The translations under genes were made by a program, and so were the position numbers. A stretch of 63,989 nucleotides of DNA, filler included, from an uncultured bacterium (GTDB lineage: Bacteria > Latescibacterota > UBA2968): NCBI GenBank assembly GCA_964471275.1. It is 7 parts of 7 records of this genome, joined end to end, with 100 filler letters (N's around TTAATTAATTAA, not from the genome) between each part and the next. Parts side by side here need not be neighbours in the genome. Positions count along the whole stretch, not along the records: positions 46,144 to 55,115 come from CAYYGZ010000193.1; positions 55,216 to 63,989 come from CAYYGZ010000195.1; 5 more parts are not named here. One strand, written 5' to 3'. This document shows, one piece after another, positions 49,354 through 58,952 of this stretch. Below the pieces are notes generated by a model that was not told the origin of the DNA, made no database searches, and saw only the letters and a list, made by a program, of their open reading frames with translations. Positions within the stretch are counted from its first letter, which is position 1, and every line of letters starts with the position of its first letter.

Positions 49354-51228
49354 GTGTGCGGCATACTCGGAATACTCAACCAGGATGGCCAGAAAATAGA
49401 TGCGTCTCTCGTCGGGAAACTGACAGAAACGATGGTACACCGGGGGCCGGACGGTTCGGACGTCTGGTGCGACGGTGCCGTTGGATTCGGTCATCGCCGT
49501 CTGGCGGTGATCGACCTGAGCGACAAGGCGGCACAGCCGATGCGCGATTCCTCGACCGGAACAACAATCACCTACAACGGTGAACTCTACAACTACAAAG
49601 AGCTCCAGACCGAACTCCAGCATCTGGGTCACACCTTCTACTCCAGGTCGGACACAGAGGTCGTCCTTCGATCGTACATCGAATGGGGTATCGATTGCTT
49701 GAAGAGATTCAACGGCCACTTCGCGTTTGGCATCTGGGATCCGGCGACTCAGCAGGTCTTCCTCGCACGCGACCGGTTCGGAACACGGCCGCTGTACTAC
49801 ACACAGGCGGGCAACACCTTCGTGTTCGCGTCGGAGATAAAGGCGATTCTCGCGCATCCATCGATCTCCGCGGACGTCGACCCGTATGCTCTGGATGAGT
49901 ATTTCACCTTCCAGAACATATTCAGCGACCGAACGATGTTTGCGGGCATCCGGCTTCTGCCAGCCGGATCTTTCGCCACCGTCTCTGGCAACCAACCGAT
50001 TAGCGTCAACCGCTACTGGGATTTTGATTTCCAGAACCCCGAAAAGATGTCGCCAGACGAAGCGGAAGAAGAGCTCTATCGACTCTTTGCCCAGGCAGTT
50101 CAGAGGCAGTTGGTCTCGGACGTACCCGTCGGCAGCTACCTGAGTGGGGGCATGGATTCAGGGTCAATCACGGCTGTCGCGCGCCAAAACCTGGGACGAC
50201 TGACGACCTTCACCGGCGGCTTCGACCTCTCCTCAGCATCCGGGCTCGAACTCGGGTTCGATGAGCGGGCACAGGCGGAATTGATGTCAAACCAGTTGAA
50301 GACCGAGCACTACGAAATGGTCCTCCACGCGGGCGACATGGAACACGTGATGCCCGAGCTGACCTATCACCTCGAGGATCCTCGAGTCGGTCAATGCTAC
50401 CCGAACTACTATGTGGCCCGGCTTGCATCGAAGTTCGTGACGGTTGTGATGTCGGGCGTTGGTGGAGACGAGCTCTTTGCCGGATATCCCTGGCGCTACT
50501 ACAGACAGATGGCCAATCCCGGCTTTGACGATTACACCAGGAGCTACTATTCGTTCTGGCAGCGTCTCGTCTCTGACCAGGATAAGCAGAGCCTCTTCAC
50601 CGGACCGGTCTACCGATCTATGGACGGTCATTTTACTTTCGACGTCTTCAAAGATGTCATCGAGCCCGTCCGTTTCGATGTCGCGTCACCGGACACGATG
50701 GTCAACGCGTCACTGTATTTCGAACTCAAAACATTCCTCCACGGTCTTCTCCTCGTAGAAGACAAAGTCAGCATGGCGCACGGGCTCGAAACACGCGCTC
50801 CATTCCTGGACAACGATCTCGTGGACTTCGCCCTCGGCCTTTCTGTCTCGTCCAAACTCGCGAACCTCGACCGGGTCGTCGAGATTGTCGACGAAAACGA
50901 CGTGGGCCGACGACAGCGCCAGACCGTGCCGTCCGGTGACGGCAAGCAGATTCTGCGAAGGGCCATGGGTAGGCTGATTCCAGACACGATCGTAGACAGG
51001 AAGAAGCAGGGCTTCAGCGCGCCGGACGCATCTTGGTTCCGTGGCGAGAGCATCGACTACATCAACAAACTGCTCAGAAATCCTTCCGCCCGGATTTACG
51101 ATTACCTGGAACCCACGTTTGTCGGTCAGAAGCTCGATGAGCACACCTTCGGCAAGGTCAACCATCGGCTCTTCGTCTGGTCTCTGATCAGCTTCGAGTG
51201 GTGGCTTCGCACCTTCATCACGAGGTAG
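49354..51228 (+). CDS. asnB: asparagine synthase-like glutamine amidotransferase
   Basis: (M)CGI, HRGPD, GHRRLAVIDL, YNGE, LSGGMDS, GGDELFAGY and KKQGF. In this context it is probably a glycan amidotransferase. Confidence 0.93.
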   Translation: MCGILGILNQDGQKIDASLVGKLTETMVHRGPDGSDVWCDGAVGFGHRRLAVIDLSDKAAQPMRDSSTGTTITYNGELYNYKELQTELQHLGHTFYSRSDTEVVLRSYIEWGIDCLKRFNGHFAFGIWDPATQQVFLARDRFGTRPLYYTQAGNTFVFASEIKAILAHPSISADVDPYALDEYFTFQNIFSDRTMFAGIRLLPAGSFATVSGNQPISVNRYWDFDFQNPEKMSPDEAEEELYRLFAQAVQRQLVSDVPVGSYLSGGMDSGSITAVARQNLGRLTTFTGGFDLSSASGLELGFDERAQAELMSNQLKTEHYEMVLHAGDMEHVMPELTYHLEDPRVGQCYPNYYVARLASKFVTVVMSGVGGDELFAGYPWRYYRQMANPGFDDYTRSYYSFWQRLVSDQDKQSLFTGPVYRSMDGHFTFDVFKDVIEPVRFDVASPDTMVNASLYFELKTFLHGLLLVEDKVSMAHGLETRAPFLDNDLVDFALGLSVSSKLANLDRVVEIVDENDVGRRQRQTVPSGDGKQILRRAMGRLIPDTIVDRKKQGFSAPDASWFRGESIDYINKLLRNPSARIYDYLEPTFVGQKLDEHTFGKVNHRLFVWSLISFEWWLRTFITR

Positions 51229-51230
51229 CC

Positions 51231-52202
51231 GTGAATATCCTGTTCCTTGGCAGCACCGACCTCGGATGGAAGTGCTGTCAGCGTGTCCTCGAGGACGGTC
51301 ACCTCGTTTCCGGAATCATCAGCATACCGGAAACCTTCCGGATCAGTTGGGCTGAAGAACCTGTAACCAACGTCAACTACCGCAACTTCGAGGACCTGGC
51401 TTCAGGACACGACATCCCGCTGATGTCTGTGGGAAACGGCATGAAAGGCGGAGATGTTTTCGGATTCTGTCAGGCAGCAAAACCAGATCTGATTGTGGTG
51501 GCGGGATGGTACTACATGATCCCGTTGAAGATCCGCAATCTGGCGCGGCTCGGAACCGTGGGAATCCATGCTTCGCTGCTTCCGAAGTACCGCGGGGGCG
51601 CCCCGCTCATCTGGGCGGTCATCAACGGAGACCGCCAAGCGGGTACGACGCTGTTCCACCTGGTCGACGGAATGGATGAAGGCAACATCGTCGCCCAGGA
51701 GACGTTCCCCATCCTGGAAGCCGACGACATCAGTAACGTACTCGCCAGGGCTGAAGAAGCTTCACTGCGCGCCATCACGAACGGGTTGAGCGCCTTCAGG
51801 GCCGGAGATTCCGCGGGGACCCAGCAGCAACACGAGAACGCCACATACGTCAATCAGCGTAAGCCTGAGGACGGGTTGATCAGATGGGATCGGCTCGACG
51901 CGGAGAACATCTACAACTGGGTGCGAGCGCAAACCAGACCATACCCGGGTGCATTCAGTTATCTGAACGGCGACTTGATCCGGATCTGGCGCGTAAGCCC
52001 GTGCGACAGACCTTCTTCCGAGGGATGGGAAGCTGGAGACATCGTTGAGGGGAAGGTGTGTTGCGCCGACGGCCGCTTTGTCTTCCTCGAACAGGTCCAG
52101 ATCGATGACGACGGGCCTGAGATATCAGGTGAGGACCTCCAAAGCCGCTATCCGATGATCACATCCATGGATGCTACACTCAGAGAGACCGACAAATGTT
52201 GA
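51231..52202 (+). CDS. formyltransferase (Fmt/ArnA-like), probable sugar N-formyltransferase
   Basis: HASLLPKYRGGAP, MDEGNIV, RKPEDGLIRW and RAQTRPYPGAF, inside a sugar operon. Confidence 0.88.
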   Translation: MNILFLGSTDLGWKCCQRVLEDGHLVSGIISIPETFRISWAEEPVTNVNYRNFEDLASGHDIPLMSVGNGMKGGDVFGFCQAAKPDLIVVAGWYYMIPLKIRNLARLGTVGIHASLLPKYRGGAPLIWAVINGDRQAGTTLFHLVDGMDEGNIVAQETFPILEADDISNVLARAEEASLRAITNGLSAFRAGDSAGTQQQHENATYVNQRKPEDGLIRWDRLDAENIYNWVRAQTRPYPGAFSYLNGDLIRIWRVSPCDRPSSEGWEAGDIVEGKVCCADGRFVFLEQVQIDDDGPEISGEDLQSRYPMITSMDATLRETDKC

Positions 52203-53329
52203 TTGACCAGCTGAAGTCAAGACTCCCGAAGCGCGTGCGGCGCTCCCTCGCGATGACGCGAATCGCGACATCCGCCAAGTTGGCCGGAGGGAAGGGAAGT
52301 GTGGATTTCTGCAAGAGTGCCGTTTCTGCCGCGCTCCGGACGGACCGAGCGTTCGGCCGTCCCGTTCACGTCAGCATCGAGCCGACCAACATCTGCAACC
52401 TGCGATGCCCGGTCTGCGAGACCGGTGACGGCACGCTTGGGCGGCGCGGCGGGCACATGGAAATCGACGCATTCCGCCACGTCGTCGACTCAATGGAGGA
52501 CCACCTCAACGTTCTCTACTTCTATTTCATGGGCGAGCCGTTTCTGGTCAAGAATGCGTATGAGATGGTCGAACACGCATCCAGTAAGAATATCTGGGTG
52601 GATACGTGCACCAACGGAGAATTCGTCGACGCAAAGAACCTGATCGATTCAGGCATCGGGCGTGTCAGCTTCCAAATTGGCGGAATGACCCAGGAGACCC
52701 ACGAGACCTATCGTGTTCGGGGCAATCTGGACAGAAGCCTCGCCAACCTCGAGGCCTGTATCGAGGAGAAGAGAAGGCGTCCTGATGCGCGGACTCAGCT
52801 CAAGGTGGGCTTCATCGTCATGCACCACAACGAGCACGAGGTCGATCAGTTCATTCGATATGCTGAAGATATTGGCGTGGACGGCTACGAGGTCGTCTGC
52901 CCTTGCGCCAGGAACATGGAGCAGGCCAACCAATTCCTTACAAAAGACCCGAACTACTGGATATATGACAGGGACTCATACGATCGTGGGATACTACGTC
53001 CCACGGACCTTTCGGATCACTACTGCGAGTGGCTCTACTTCACGACAACCATACAGGTCAACGGAGATGTGGTTCCCTGCTGCCGCGATCCCAGGGGCAA
53101 CTACGTTCTCGGTAACGTGTTTGAGCAGGACTTCGTCGAGGAGATATGGAACGGCCCAAGCTACCGTGACTTCAGGCACACGGTTGCGAACAACCAGAAG
53201 GATTCTGGGCTCTGCTCCCTCTGCTCGGGCTATACCGCTCCCGATGTCACGCGTCACGATGAGCCAGCAGTCCCGGTAGAATCACCAAGCCCGACATCCC
53301 GGAAGGCCGACCTGGTTCGCAAAGGATAG
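52196..53329 (+). CDS. radical SAM protein with SPASM/twitch domain
   Basis: CNLRCPVC, GEPF, C...F.....NGDVVPCC, and GNV...IWN...CSLC. Confidence 0.92.
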   Translation: MLIDQLKSRLPKRVRRSLAMTRIATSAKLAGGKGSVDFCKSAVSAALRTDRAFGRPVHVSIEPTNICNLRCPVCETGDGTLGRRGGHMEIDAFRHVVDSMEDHLNVLYFYFMGEPFLVKNAYEMVEHASSKNIWVDTCTNGEFVDAKNLIDSGIGRVSFQIGGMTQETHETYRVRGNLDRSLANLEACIEEKRRRPDARTQLKVGFIVMHHNEHEVDQFIRYAEDIGVDGYEVVCPCARNMEQANQFLTKDPNYWIYDRDSYDRGILRPTDLSDHYCEWLYFTTTIQVNGDVVPCCRDPRGNYVLGNVFEQDFVEEIWNGPSYRDFRHTVANNQKDSGLCSLCSGYTAPDVTRHDEPAVPVESPSPTSRKADLVRKG

Positions 53330-53568
53330 AAGGGAGCCATCGCCATTACGATCGGTGCAGACCGTGGGTCGGATTTCGTGACTGACGAGATGTCCGATGT
53401 CCTGGCATCCACTGAGATACCCGGCGACCTGGGCCCTCACTCACTAGGACTCTACGATTCACAGATTGCTGAACCAGAGGGTCCTGTTCTACTCGGCAGT
53501 GCCGTACTTGCGGGAAGCGGAACTGCGTTCTTGCACTCTGTGTTGCTGACAACTCGAGGATTGGATTG

Positions 53569-54789
53569 ATGCCCTCTGGACTCTTCATAGTACCGGCCCA
53601 CCTGGACGGTCTCGCCGCCAAAGGCGTTCTGGACATGGTTGCGGAGCGAGAAGCTGGCGGCTACCTGAACGTGGTAACTTTCCATCCGCACGCACCAGCC
53701 ACAAGAAGAGTTCGACTTTCGGGCCGACACACTGTGTACGAACTTGCGCCAGATGCACTCCTGAACCAGTCCAGAGTCGTAAAGGTGATCGAGCGGCTTC
53801 TCTATCCATATCGCCTGGTTTCATCCTTAGTCCGGATAGCTCGACGCCACCGGATCGATTTCATACGAGGCCAGGACCCATATTGCATGGGTGCGCTCGC
53901 GTGGGTTGTGTCTCGACTGACAGGAATCCCATTCTCTATCTCGATACATTCGGACTATGACCAGCGATACGCGTTGGATGGCTCGCGGGGCGCACCGGTG
54001 CTGTTGGGCTCCAGGTGGCTGGCGAGGCGGCTGGAAACATTCCTCTACAAACGTGCAGACCTCATCCTGCCTATTCGACAGTCACTTGCCGACCGAGCAG
54101 TGAGCTCGGGTGCCCCCAGCGGCCGAATACGGATCATACCTCACGGCCTGGATTTCGAGACGACACCAACACAGGATACAGACATCCGGAAGCAGCTTGG
54201 GATTGGTCTGAATACCCAGATCGTGAGTTTTGCGGGAAGGCTGTCACGCGAGAACTACCTTGACGACATACTGGAGGTCGCGCGGAGACTCGGTCGGGTA
54301 CGAAAGGACGTCCTTTTCGTCCTTGCTGGTGGTGGAAACGAAGAGACCCGAATCCGAGAGATCGTGGAATCGGACCCTGACCTGCACAACGTTAGAATGA
54401 TCGGGTTCCAGCCACACAGCACGATCCTGGCGTTGAGACGGGCTTCAGCCACGTCCCTTTGCCTTATGGGGGGGTTCAGCCTTGTTGAGGCGTTGGCTTC
54501 GGGGTCGCCCACGATCTCCTACGACATCGAGTGGCACGGTGAACTCATCAGGAATCACCAGACAGGCTATCTCGTGAACGAAGGCGATACACAGGCAGTT
54601 GTTGAGAAGCTACAGTTCCTCTTGGGTAGGACCAAGGAACGGGAGAGAATGGGGAGAGCAGCCAAAAGACTCGCAATCGCTCGTCACAGTCTGCGGAATA
54701 CGCGCAAGATCAAGATACGTGTCTATCAGGAGCTGGTTTCGATGCGACGGCCAACCCGTCAAGCCCAAAAGACCTGCCTTAGCAGCTGA
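53569..54789 (+). CDS. GT4 family glycosyltransferase
   Basis: RIIPHG, FAGRLSRE, GFSLVEALASG and TGYLV. Confidence 0.88.
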   Translation: MPSGLFIVPAHLDGLAAKGVLDMVAEREAGGYLNVVTFHPHAPATRRVRLSGRHTVYELAPDALLNQSRVVKVIERLLYPYRLVSSLVRIARRHRIDFIRGQDPYCMGALAWVVSRLTGIPFSISIHSDYDQRYALDGSRGAPVLLGSRWLARRLETFLYKRADLILPIRQSLADRAVSSGAPSGRIRIIPHGLDFETTPTQDTDIRKQLGIGLNTQIVSFAGRLSRENYLDDILEVARRLGRVRKDVLFVLAGGGNEETRIREIVESDPDLHNVRMIGFQPHSTILALRRASATSLCLMGGFSLVEALASGSPTISYDIEWHGELIRNHQTGYLVNEGDTQAVVEKLQFLLGRTKERERMGRAAKRLAIARHSLRNTRKIKIRVYQELVSMRRPTRQAQKTCLSS

Positions 54790-55115
54790 TGCTGATCGGC
54801 AAACGTAGCAGTTACCACCAAGGCCTCCGGGAAACTGAGATCGAATGTCCGGGTCAATGAAGTGAACCATATCCGGCTCCCCAAAAGACCGACTGGTTCT
54901 GAGCCCTTCCAAACCCCGAGCCCGAGGGATCTTTTGGCCGTCCCCAGACACTGCTCAAGAGATCCCCGGCTTCTCTGGGCGTCCAAGATAGAACCGGTCA
55001 CCGACCCATCCGGCCGCAATCTCCCACATTCCGCCAAGAAACCACTCAGACATCCGGGAGATCGGCCGATTAGTGAGTTAGGGGGATACTGGCACACCTG
55101 TTGCAGTCCTCTCTC

Positions 55116-55215
55116 NNNNNNNNNNNNNNNNNNNNNNNNNNNNNNNNNNNNNNNNNNNNTTAATTAATTAANNNNNNNNNNNNNNNNNNNNNNNNNNNNN
55201 NNNNNNNNNNNNNNN
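55116..55215. other. artificial contig linker
   Basis: N44-TTAATTAATTAA-N44. Confidence 0.98.
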
Positions 55216-55330
55216 TGACAAGTTGCTTTGCTGGTCGACCTCGACGGGCCAATGTTTCCTCCTCAACAAAGTGTTTGAGGAAACATACGACAGGATTGGT
55301 AATTAGTACATCTGTTTACGGGACAATGCA

Positions 55331-56248
55331 CTAGAAGGCCAGCGGACGAATTGTCCAGCGTTTACCGGGCAGGATCGTTCCCACACCCCCCGGGTGTCCA
55401 TTCGTCAGAACGTGGAGAACGAGGTCCCCCTCGATTGCTCCCAGTGTCCGCTCACGTCGGAACACGCCGCCGGAGAGGGTGAACACCACTGCATCTCCGT
55501 CAGCAGAGCGAAGCAGGACCCGTCCTTCTGCCAGCGCCTCGACGACAAGGCACCGACGACCGCTCGTGGTCCTGCCCTCCCAAACCCGGGTTGGTGATCC
55601 TGAGACATCATACACGAGCACGTCTCCTCCCTCATCGCCTGTTCCGGTCTCCAGGACGAGGTAGGGTCCGTCCGCATCCAAGAGTGCGAGATCTCCCACG
55701 TGTGCCGACAGATCGAAAGTCCAGATCTGCTCAAAAGATCCGGGTCCACAGTCGAAACCCCGAACACGCGTCATCCCGACATCGCTGTCGGGACGGATCG
55801 CATACTCGGTCGCGACAACGAGGGTTCGCACCCCGTCCCCCAGAACCGCCACGCGATCGGTCCAATCCGTATCCAGCCGTTTGGCATCCACAAGCGTCAC
55901 GTCCCCGTGAGCATAGGCGTGCACCCACAGCCACCCCTCACCGATGCTGAAGACATCCAGCGTAAGGTCCGATGCAAAGTCACCGATCGCCACATCGCGC
56001 AGAATTGGCGTATCATCGCGGTAGCCCAGTGTCCGCAGCCTGCCACCTGCAGGCTGACTGACCTGCAGTCCTCCTCGCCCACCGGCCCCCTGTCGGTATC
56101 CCCCCACGCGTCCCACTGTGATGACCTCTGGCTGACCGTCCCGATCGAGATCCGTCGTGACGATGCGAACGGCCTCGAGGGATATCTGACCGACGGCCGG
56201 CCGCGTAGCGCCAAGAAGAAGAACGATCACGAGAGAGAAGAAACGCAT
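55331..56248 (-). CDS. secreted hypothetical protein, FG-GAP/VCBS-like beta-propeller
   Basis: Signal peptide, DLDRDGQPEVI and VAIGDF motifs. Confidence 0.6.
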   Translation of the reverse strand: MRFFSLVIVLLLGATRPAVGQISLEAVRIVTTDLDRDGQPEVITVGRVGGYRQGAGGRGGLQVSQPAGGRLRTLGYRDDTPILRDVAIGDFASDLTLDVFSIGEGWLWVHAYAHGDVTLVDAKRLDTDWTDRVAVLGDGVRTLVVATEYAIRPDSDVGMTRVRGFDCGPGSFEQIWTFDLSAHVGDLALLDADGPYLVLETGTGDEGGDVLVYDVSGSPTRVWEGRTTSGRRCLVVEALAEGRVLLRSADGDAVVFTLSGGVFRRERTLGAIEGDLVLHVLTNGHPGGVGTILPGKRWTIRPLAF

Positions 56249-56952
56249 CAGAATCCCCTGTCATCCAGATGGACCCAGGACACACGTGTCGCCCCGTTCA
56301 CGCTCACCGAGGTCTCCTCGAGGGGCAGAACAAAGTCGACGCCGACATCGACGGCCTCATTGAATATCTCCTGACCCCGTACGTTTGCGTCCGCCGAAGC
56401 CTGGTTGACATCCACGTCGACCGCGTCTCCATACAGATGTCTGCTGAATGTCGCGCCCCCGACGTCACGATTGTGCTCCGGGGATCGGTAGGAGGAGGAG
56501 ACGATCAGCGGTCGGCCCAGACCCGACCGGACCTGCTGAACGTGCCACACGGCCTGAGGATCCACAAACGCGCGTTGCCCACCTCGCTGCACGGTCGGGC
56601 CCACATACTCGGACAGCAGAAAATCGTCTGAAACACGCTCGCTCAGCGGGGCCACCTCAAGCGGCAGGAAGTTACCCACCCGCTCGTAGTGCCGGGCTCT
56701 CGAGCTGCCAAACGGATTCTGTACAGGCACGGGATAAGTTGAAGTCAGAGACGCTTCTCGAATGAGCCCGAGTCGCAAACCGCTGGGATAGAGGACTTCG
56801 CTCGCATACGGCGGGTCGTTCGGACCTGGCGTAGTTGGCTCACCGAACAGCACATCGATCGAAACGGACGCTTTTCCCCCACAGCCCCCGGCCACCCCGA
56901 TCAGAGCCGTGAGCACAATCACCCGAGTCTGGACTCCCACCTTGCAATTCAT
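56248..56952 (-). CDS. peptidase M15A (Zn D-Ala-D-Ala carboxypeptidase-like) lipoprotein
   Basis: Lipobox AGGC, SSYRSPEHN..VGGA..SRHLYGDAVD and WVHLD. Confidence 0.85.
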   Translation of the reverse strand: MNCKVGVQTRVIVLTALIGVAGGCGGKASVSIDVLFGEPTTPGPNDPPYASEVLYPSGLRLGLIREASLTSTYPVPVQNPFGSSRARHYERVGNFLPLEVAPLSERVSDDFLLSEYVGPTVQRGGQRAFVDPQAVWHVQQVRSGLGRPLIVSSSYRSPEHNRDVGGATFSRHLYGDAVDVDVNQASADANVRGQEIFNEAVDVGVDFVLPLEETSVSVNGATRVSWVHLDDRGF

Positions 56953-57752
56953 CTCTGGGAAGCCTCCACACCGATACGATCGAGGCCCTGGCTCGTCTTG
57001 AACCGTACGCCCGGGTCTGGATCATCCAAGAGTGGGGAAAGAAGTCTGGCAGCCTCGGATCCTCCCAACCGACCGATCGCAGAGACGCCAGCCGCGCGAA
57101 CACGTGGATTGTGGTGACCCAGGCGTTCTCCGACCACGTCGAGCACCGACGGGTCGCCCGTCTTCCCCAGAGCAATCAGTGCCGCGGATACAACCGTGTC
57201 TGACGTGTCATCCAATGCTACCACCAGCGACTCGACAGCCTCATCGCCGCCGATGTCACCAAGCGCGTGGGCAGCCGCGATGCGCACCCAGTCATTCGGT
57301 GTCTGTAGCCGTCTGGCGACAGAGTGAACGCCCCGGGTAGCCTTCAGTTTGCCGAGTGTCTGCAGCGCAGTCATCAGCGTGTTCCAGTCCTCACACCGAT
57401 CGACCAGCGACACGATCGCAGAAACACTGCGATCTCCCTGCTCCGCTAGATAGTGGGCAAACCGGAGCCTCCCTTCTCCGCTGGACGTCTCGAGAAGGGC
57501 CACTGCGATCCGGACATCTTCCGGGAAGGCGGCTGGACGCAGATGCTGGAGGACCGAATCCGGGTGAGCCCAGTAGATGCGTGTGACCGAATCACGATAG
57601 GATTCGGAGACAACTGTGTCGAGAGGGATCGTGTCCACCGGTGGTGGCGGATCGCTCCCCGGATCAGCGTGGTCACCCGTGCAGCCCAGAAAACACACCC
57701 ACAGGATCACGAGCGCCCGACTCAAGAGCTTGCACGTTTCTGAAGCATCCAT
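56949..57752 (-). CDS. HEAT-repeat (PBS lyase-like) protein, probable lipoprotein
   Basis: Lipobox-like FLGC and repeats VRIAAAHALGDIG, VVSAALIALGKTG, VRAAGVSAIGRLG. Confidence 0.82.
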   Translation of the reverse strand: MDASETCKLLSRALVILWVCFLGCTGDHADPGSDPPPPVDTIPLDTVVSESYRDSVTRIYWAHPDSVLQHLRPAAFPEDVRIAVALLETSSGEGRLRFAHYLAEQGDRSVSAIVSLVDRCEDWNTLMTALQTLGKLKATRGVHSVARRLQTPNDWVRIAAAHALGDIGGDEAVESLVVALDDTSDTVVSAALIALGKTGDPSVLDVVGERLGHHNPRVRAAGVSAIGRLGGSEAARLLSPLLDDPDPGVRFKTSQGLDRIGVEASQR

Positions 57753-57986
57753 CCAATCAGAAAGAGGACGGCACCAAACGCAGCAAACGTCAGCTCTCTC
57801 TTGATGTCCGCTTCATAGAGACCAATGAACAGGCCGTATCCGGCTTCGATCAGCCCCAGGAGCTGCAGAATTCTGGCGACAATTTGCATCTAGGATGTGG
57901 TGCTTTCTCGTGTGTGGTGGCAGGTTGGAAAATGATACGCCCTTCATCTGTAGGGGTCAACAGCCTGATTGATTTCATCCGACCGC

Positions 57987-58015
57987 TTGACGGGAGACAG
58001 GGCGCAACCTATCTT
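57987..58015 (+). promoter_or_regulatory. candidate sigma70 promoter of flgM
   Basis: TTGACG-17-TATCTT, 55 nt upstream of the GTG start. Confidence 0.5.
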
Positions 58016-58069
58016 TCTGAAGAATCAGCATTTACCATCATTGATGCCAATTGTACACAGGAGGCCGTT

Positions 58070-58393
58070 GTGGCCCGAATCAGCGATGTCCCACAACCCG
58101 TAGATCCGAGGGACCCGAAAAAAGTCGAAGGCCAGCGCGATCGTCAGACGAGTGAGAATAATAGCACGGAGAGCACGTCGCAAGCAGCAGACAGCGTGAA
58201 CATCTCCAGTGACGCCCGCGAGACGGAATTGCTCCGGGCCAGGCTGAGCGACGAGGCGGCGAACACATCAGATGTCCGGGAAGACCGGGTCGCCAACGTC
58301 AAGGCTCGAATCGCCTCGGGCGAGTTCGACGCCAACTCACCCGAGGTGAAGCAAGCCGTAGCCGAGGGCATCCTAGGACAGATGGGTATCTAG
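58070..58393 (+). CDS. flgM: anti-sigma-28 factor FlgM
   Basis: AGGAGG RBS at 58059 and GTG start. Disordered N-terminus followed by DSVNISSDAR and DVREDRVANVKARIASGEF...VAEGIL. Confidence 0.85.
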   Translation: MARISDVPQPVDPRDPKKVEGQRDRQTSENNSTESTSQAADSVNISSDARETELLRARLSDEAANTSDVREDRVANVKARIASGEFDANSPEVKQAVAEGILGQMGI

Positions 58394-58418
58394 GAAAGAC
58401 CCAATCAAGTCAAATAGA

Positions 58419-58460
58419 GAAGGCCGCCATCCTCCAGAGGATGGCGGCCTTCCTTTGTTT
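58419..58460 (+). terminator. intrinsic terminator
   Basis: GAAGGCCGCCATCCT / AGGATGGCGGCCTTC 15-bp stem followed by CTTTGTTT, between convergent genes. Confidence 0.8.
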
Positions 58461-58484
58461 CCTGTCAGGCGATGCCGAGTTGCC

Positions 58485-58931
58485 CTAGAATGTTCGCCTC
58501 AAAAGCAGCCCCATCCGGCCGTGAGCCGGATCAGCCCCCGCGTCGATCTTGATCCCTTTCACTTCCACAAGCCCCCGATCCATCTTTGGATCAGGCAGAT
58601 CATCCCCGCCCTTCATCAGCAGGTGGATACCATACGTGAACGTGCCGACACCCAGCCCGAGCATGATCGCCGCTTTCGTATCTTTCTGCCGGCTCTCGTC
58701 ATACAGCTCACGGGCCAGCGTCGAGCTCCCGGAAGTGACATACAGGTCATACGCTTCGTTCCCGTCCTTGCGCGCATTGTTCGCTTCCACAAGGAAGAAG
58801 ACCCCGGCTCCCGCAGAAACAACCCCGTAGAAGCAGTTAGATAGAAGAAAATCGGTCTTCTGGGCGGAAACTCGACCCGAGAACATCGTCGACCCGACGA
58901 TCAAACACGACAACATCACCTTGCCAAACAT
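58485..58931 (-). CDS. hypothetical membrane protein
   Basis: Signal-like N-terminus plus two hydrophobic segments, downstream of TolC in the same direction. Confidence 0.6.
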   Translation of the reverse strand: MFGKVMLSCLIVGSTMFSGRVSAQKTDFLLSNCFYGVVSAGAGVFFLVEANNARKDGNEAYDLYVTSGSSTLARELYDESRQKDTKAAIMLGLGVGTFTYGIHLLMKGGDDLPDPKMDRGLVEVKGIKIDAGADPAHGRMGLLLRRTF

Positions 58932-58952
58932 GCATCCTCCTCGATCCACCGG

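Noticed and set aside
51231..52202. Housekeeping methionyl-tRNA formyltransferase (fmt)
   Set aside because: It lacks the typical GTPxF start and def linkage, and it is embedded in a sugar operon.
49354..53569. RiPP cluster (AsnB as lasso cyclase, rSAM/SPASM maturase, 63-aa ORF at 53378 as precursor)
   Set aside because: AsnB retains a full Cys-initiated glutaminase domain. No RRE or peptidase is present, the small ORF has no precursor features, and the context is nucleotide-sugar genes.
9289..55215. TTAATTAATTAA motif recurring about every 9 kb as a biological repeat or array
   Set aside because: It is always centred in 44+44 Ns. The complete contigs decrease in length (9280, 9054, 9019, 9002, 8972 bp), as expected for size-sorted concatenation. 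It is an artefact, and cross-linker synteny was not used.
57641..58069. 250-aa ORF as an N-terminally extended FlgM fusion
   Set aside because: The extension overlaps the opposite-strand gene and promoter region. A strong RBS supports GTG 58070.
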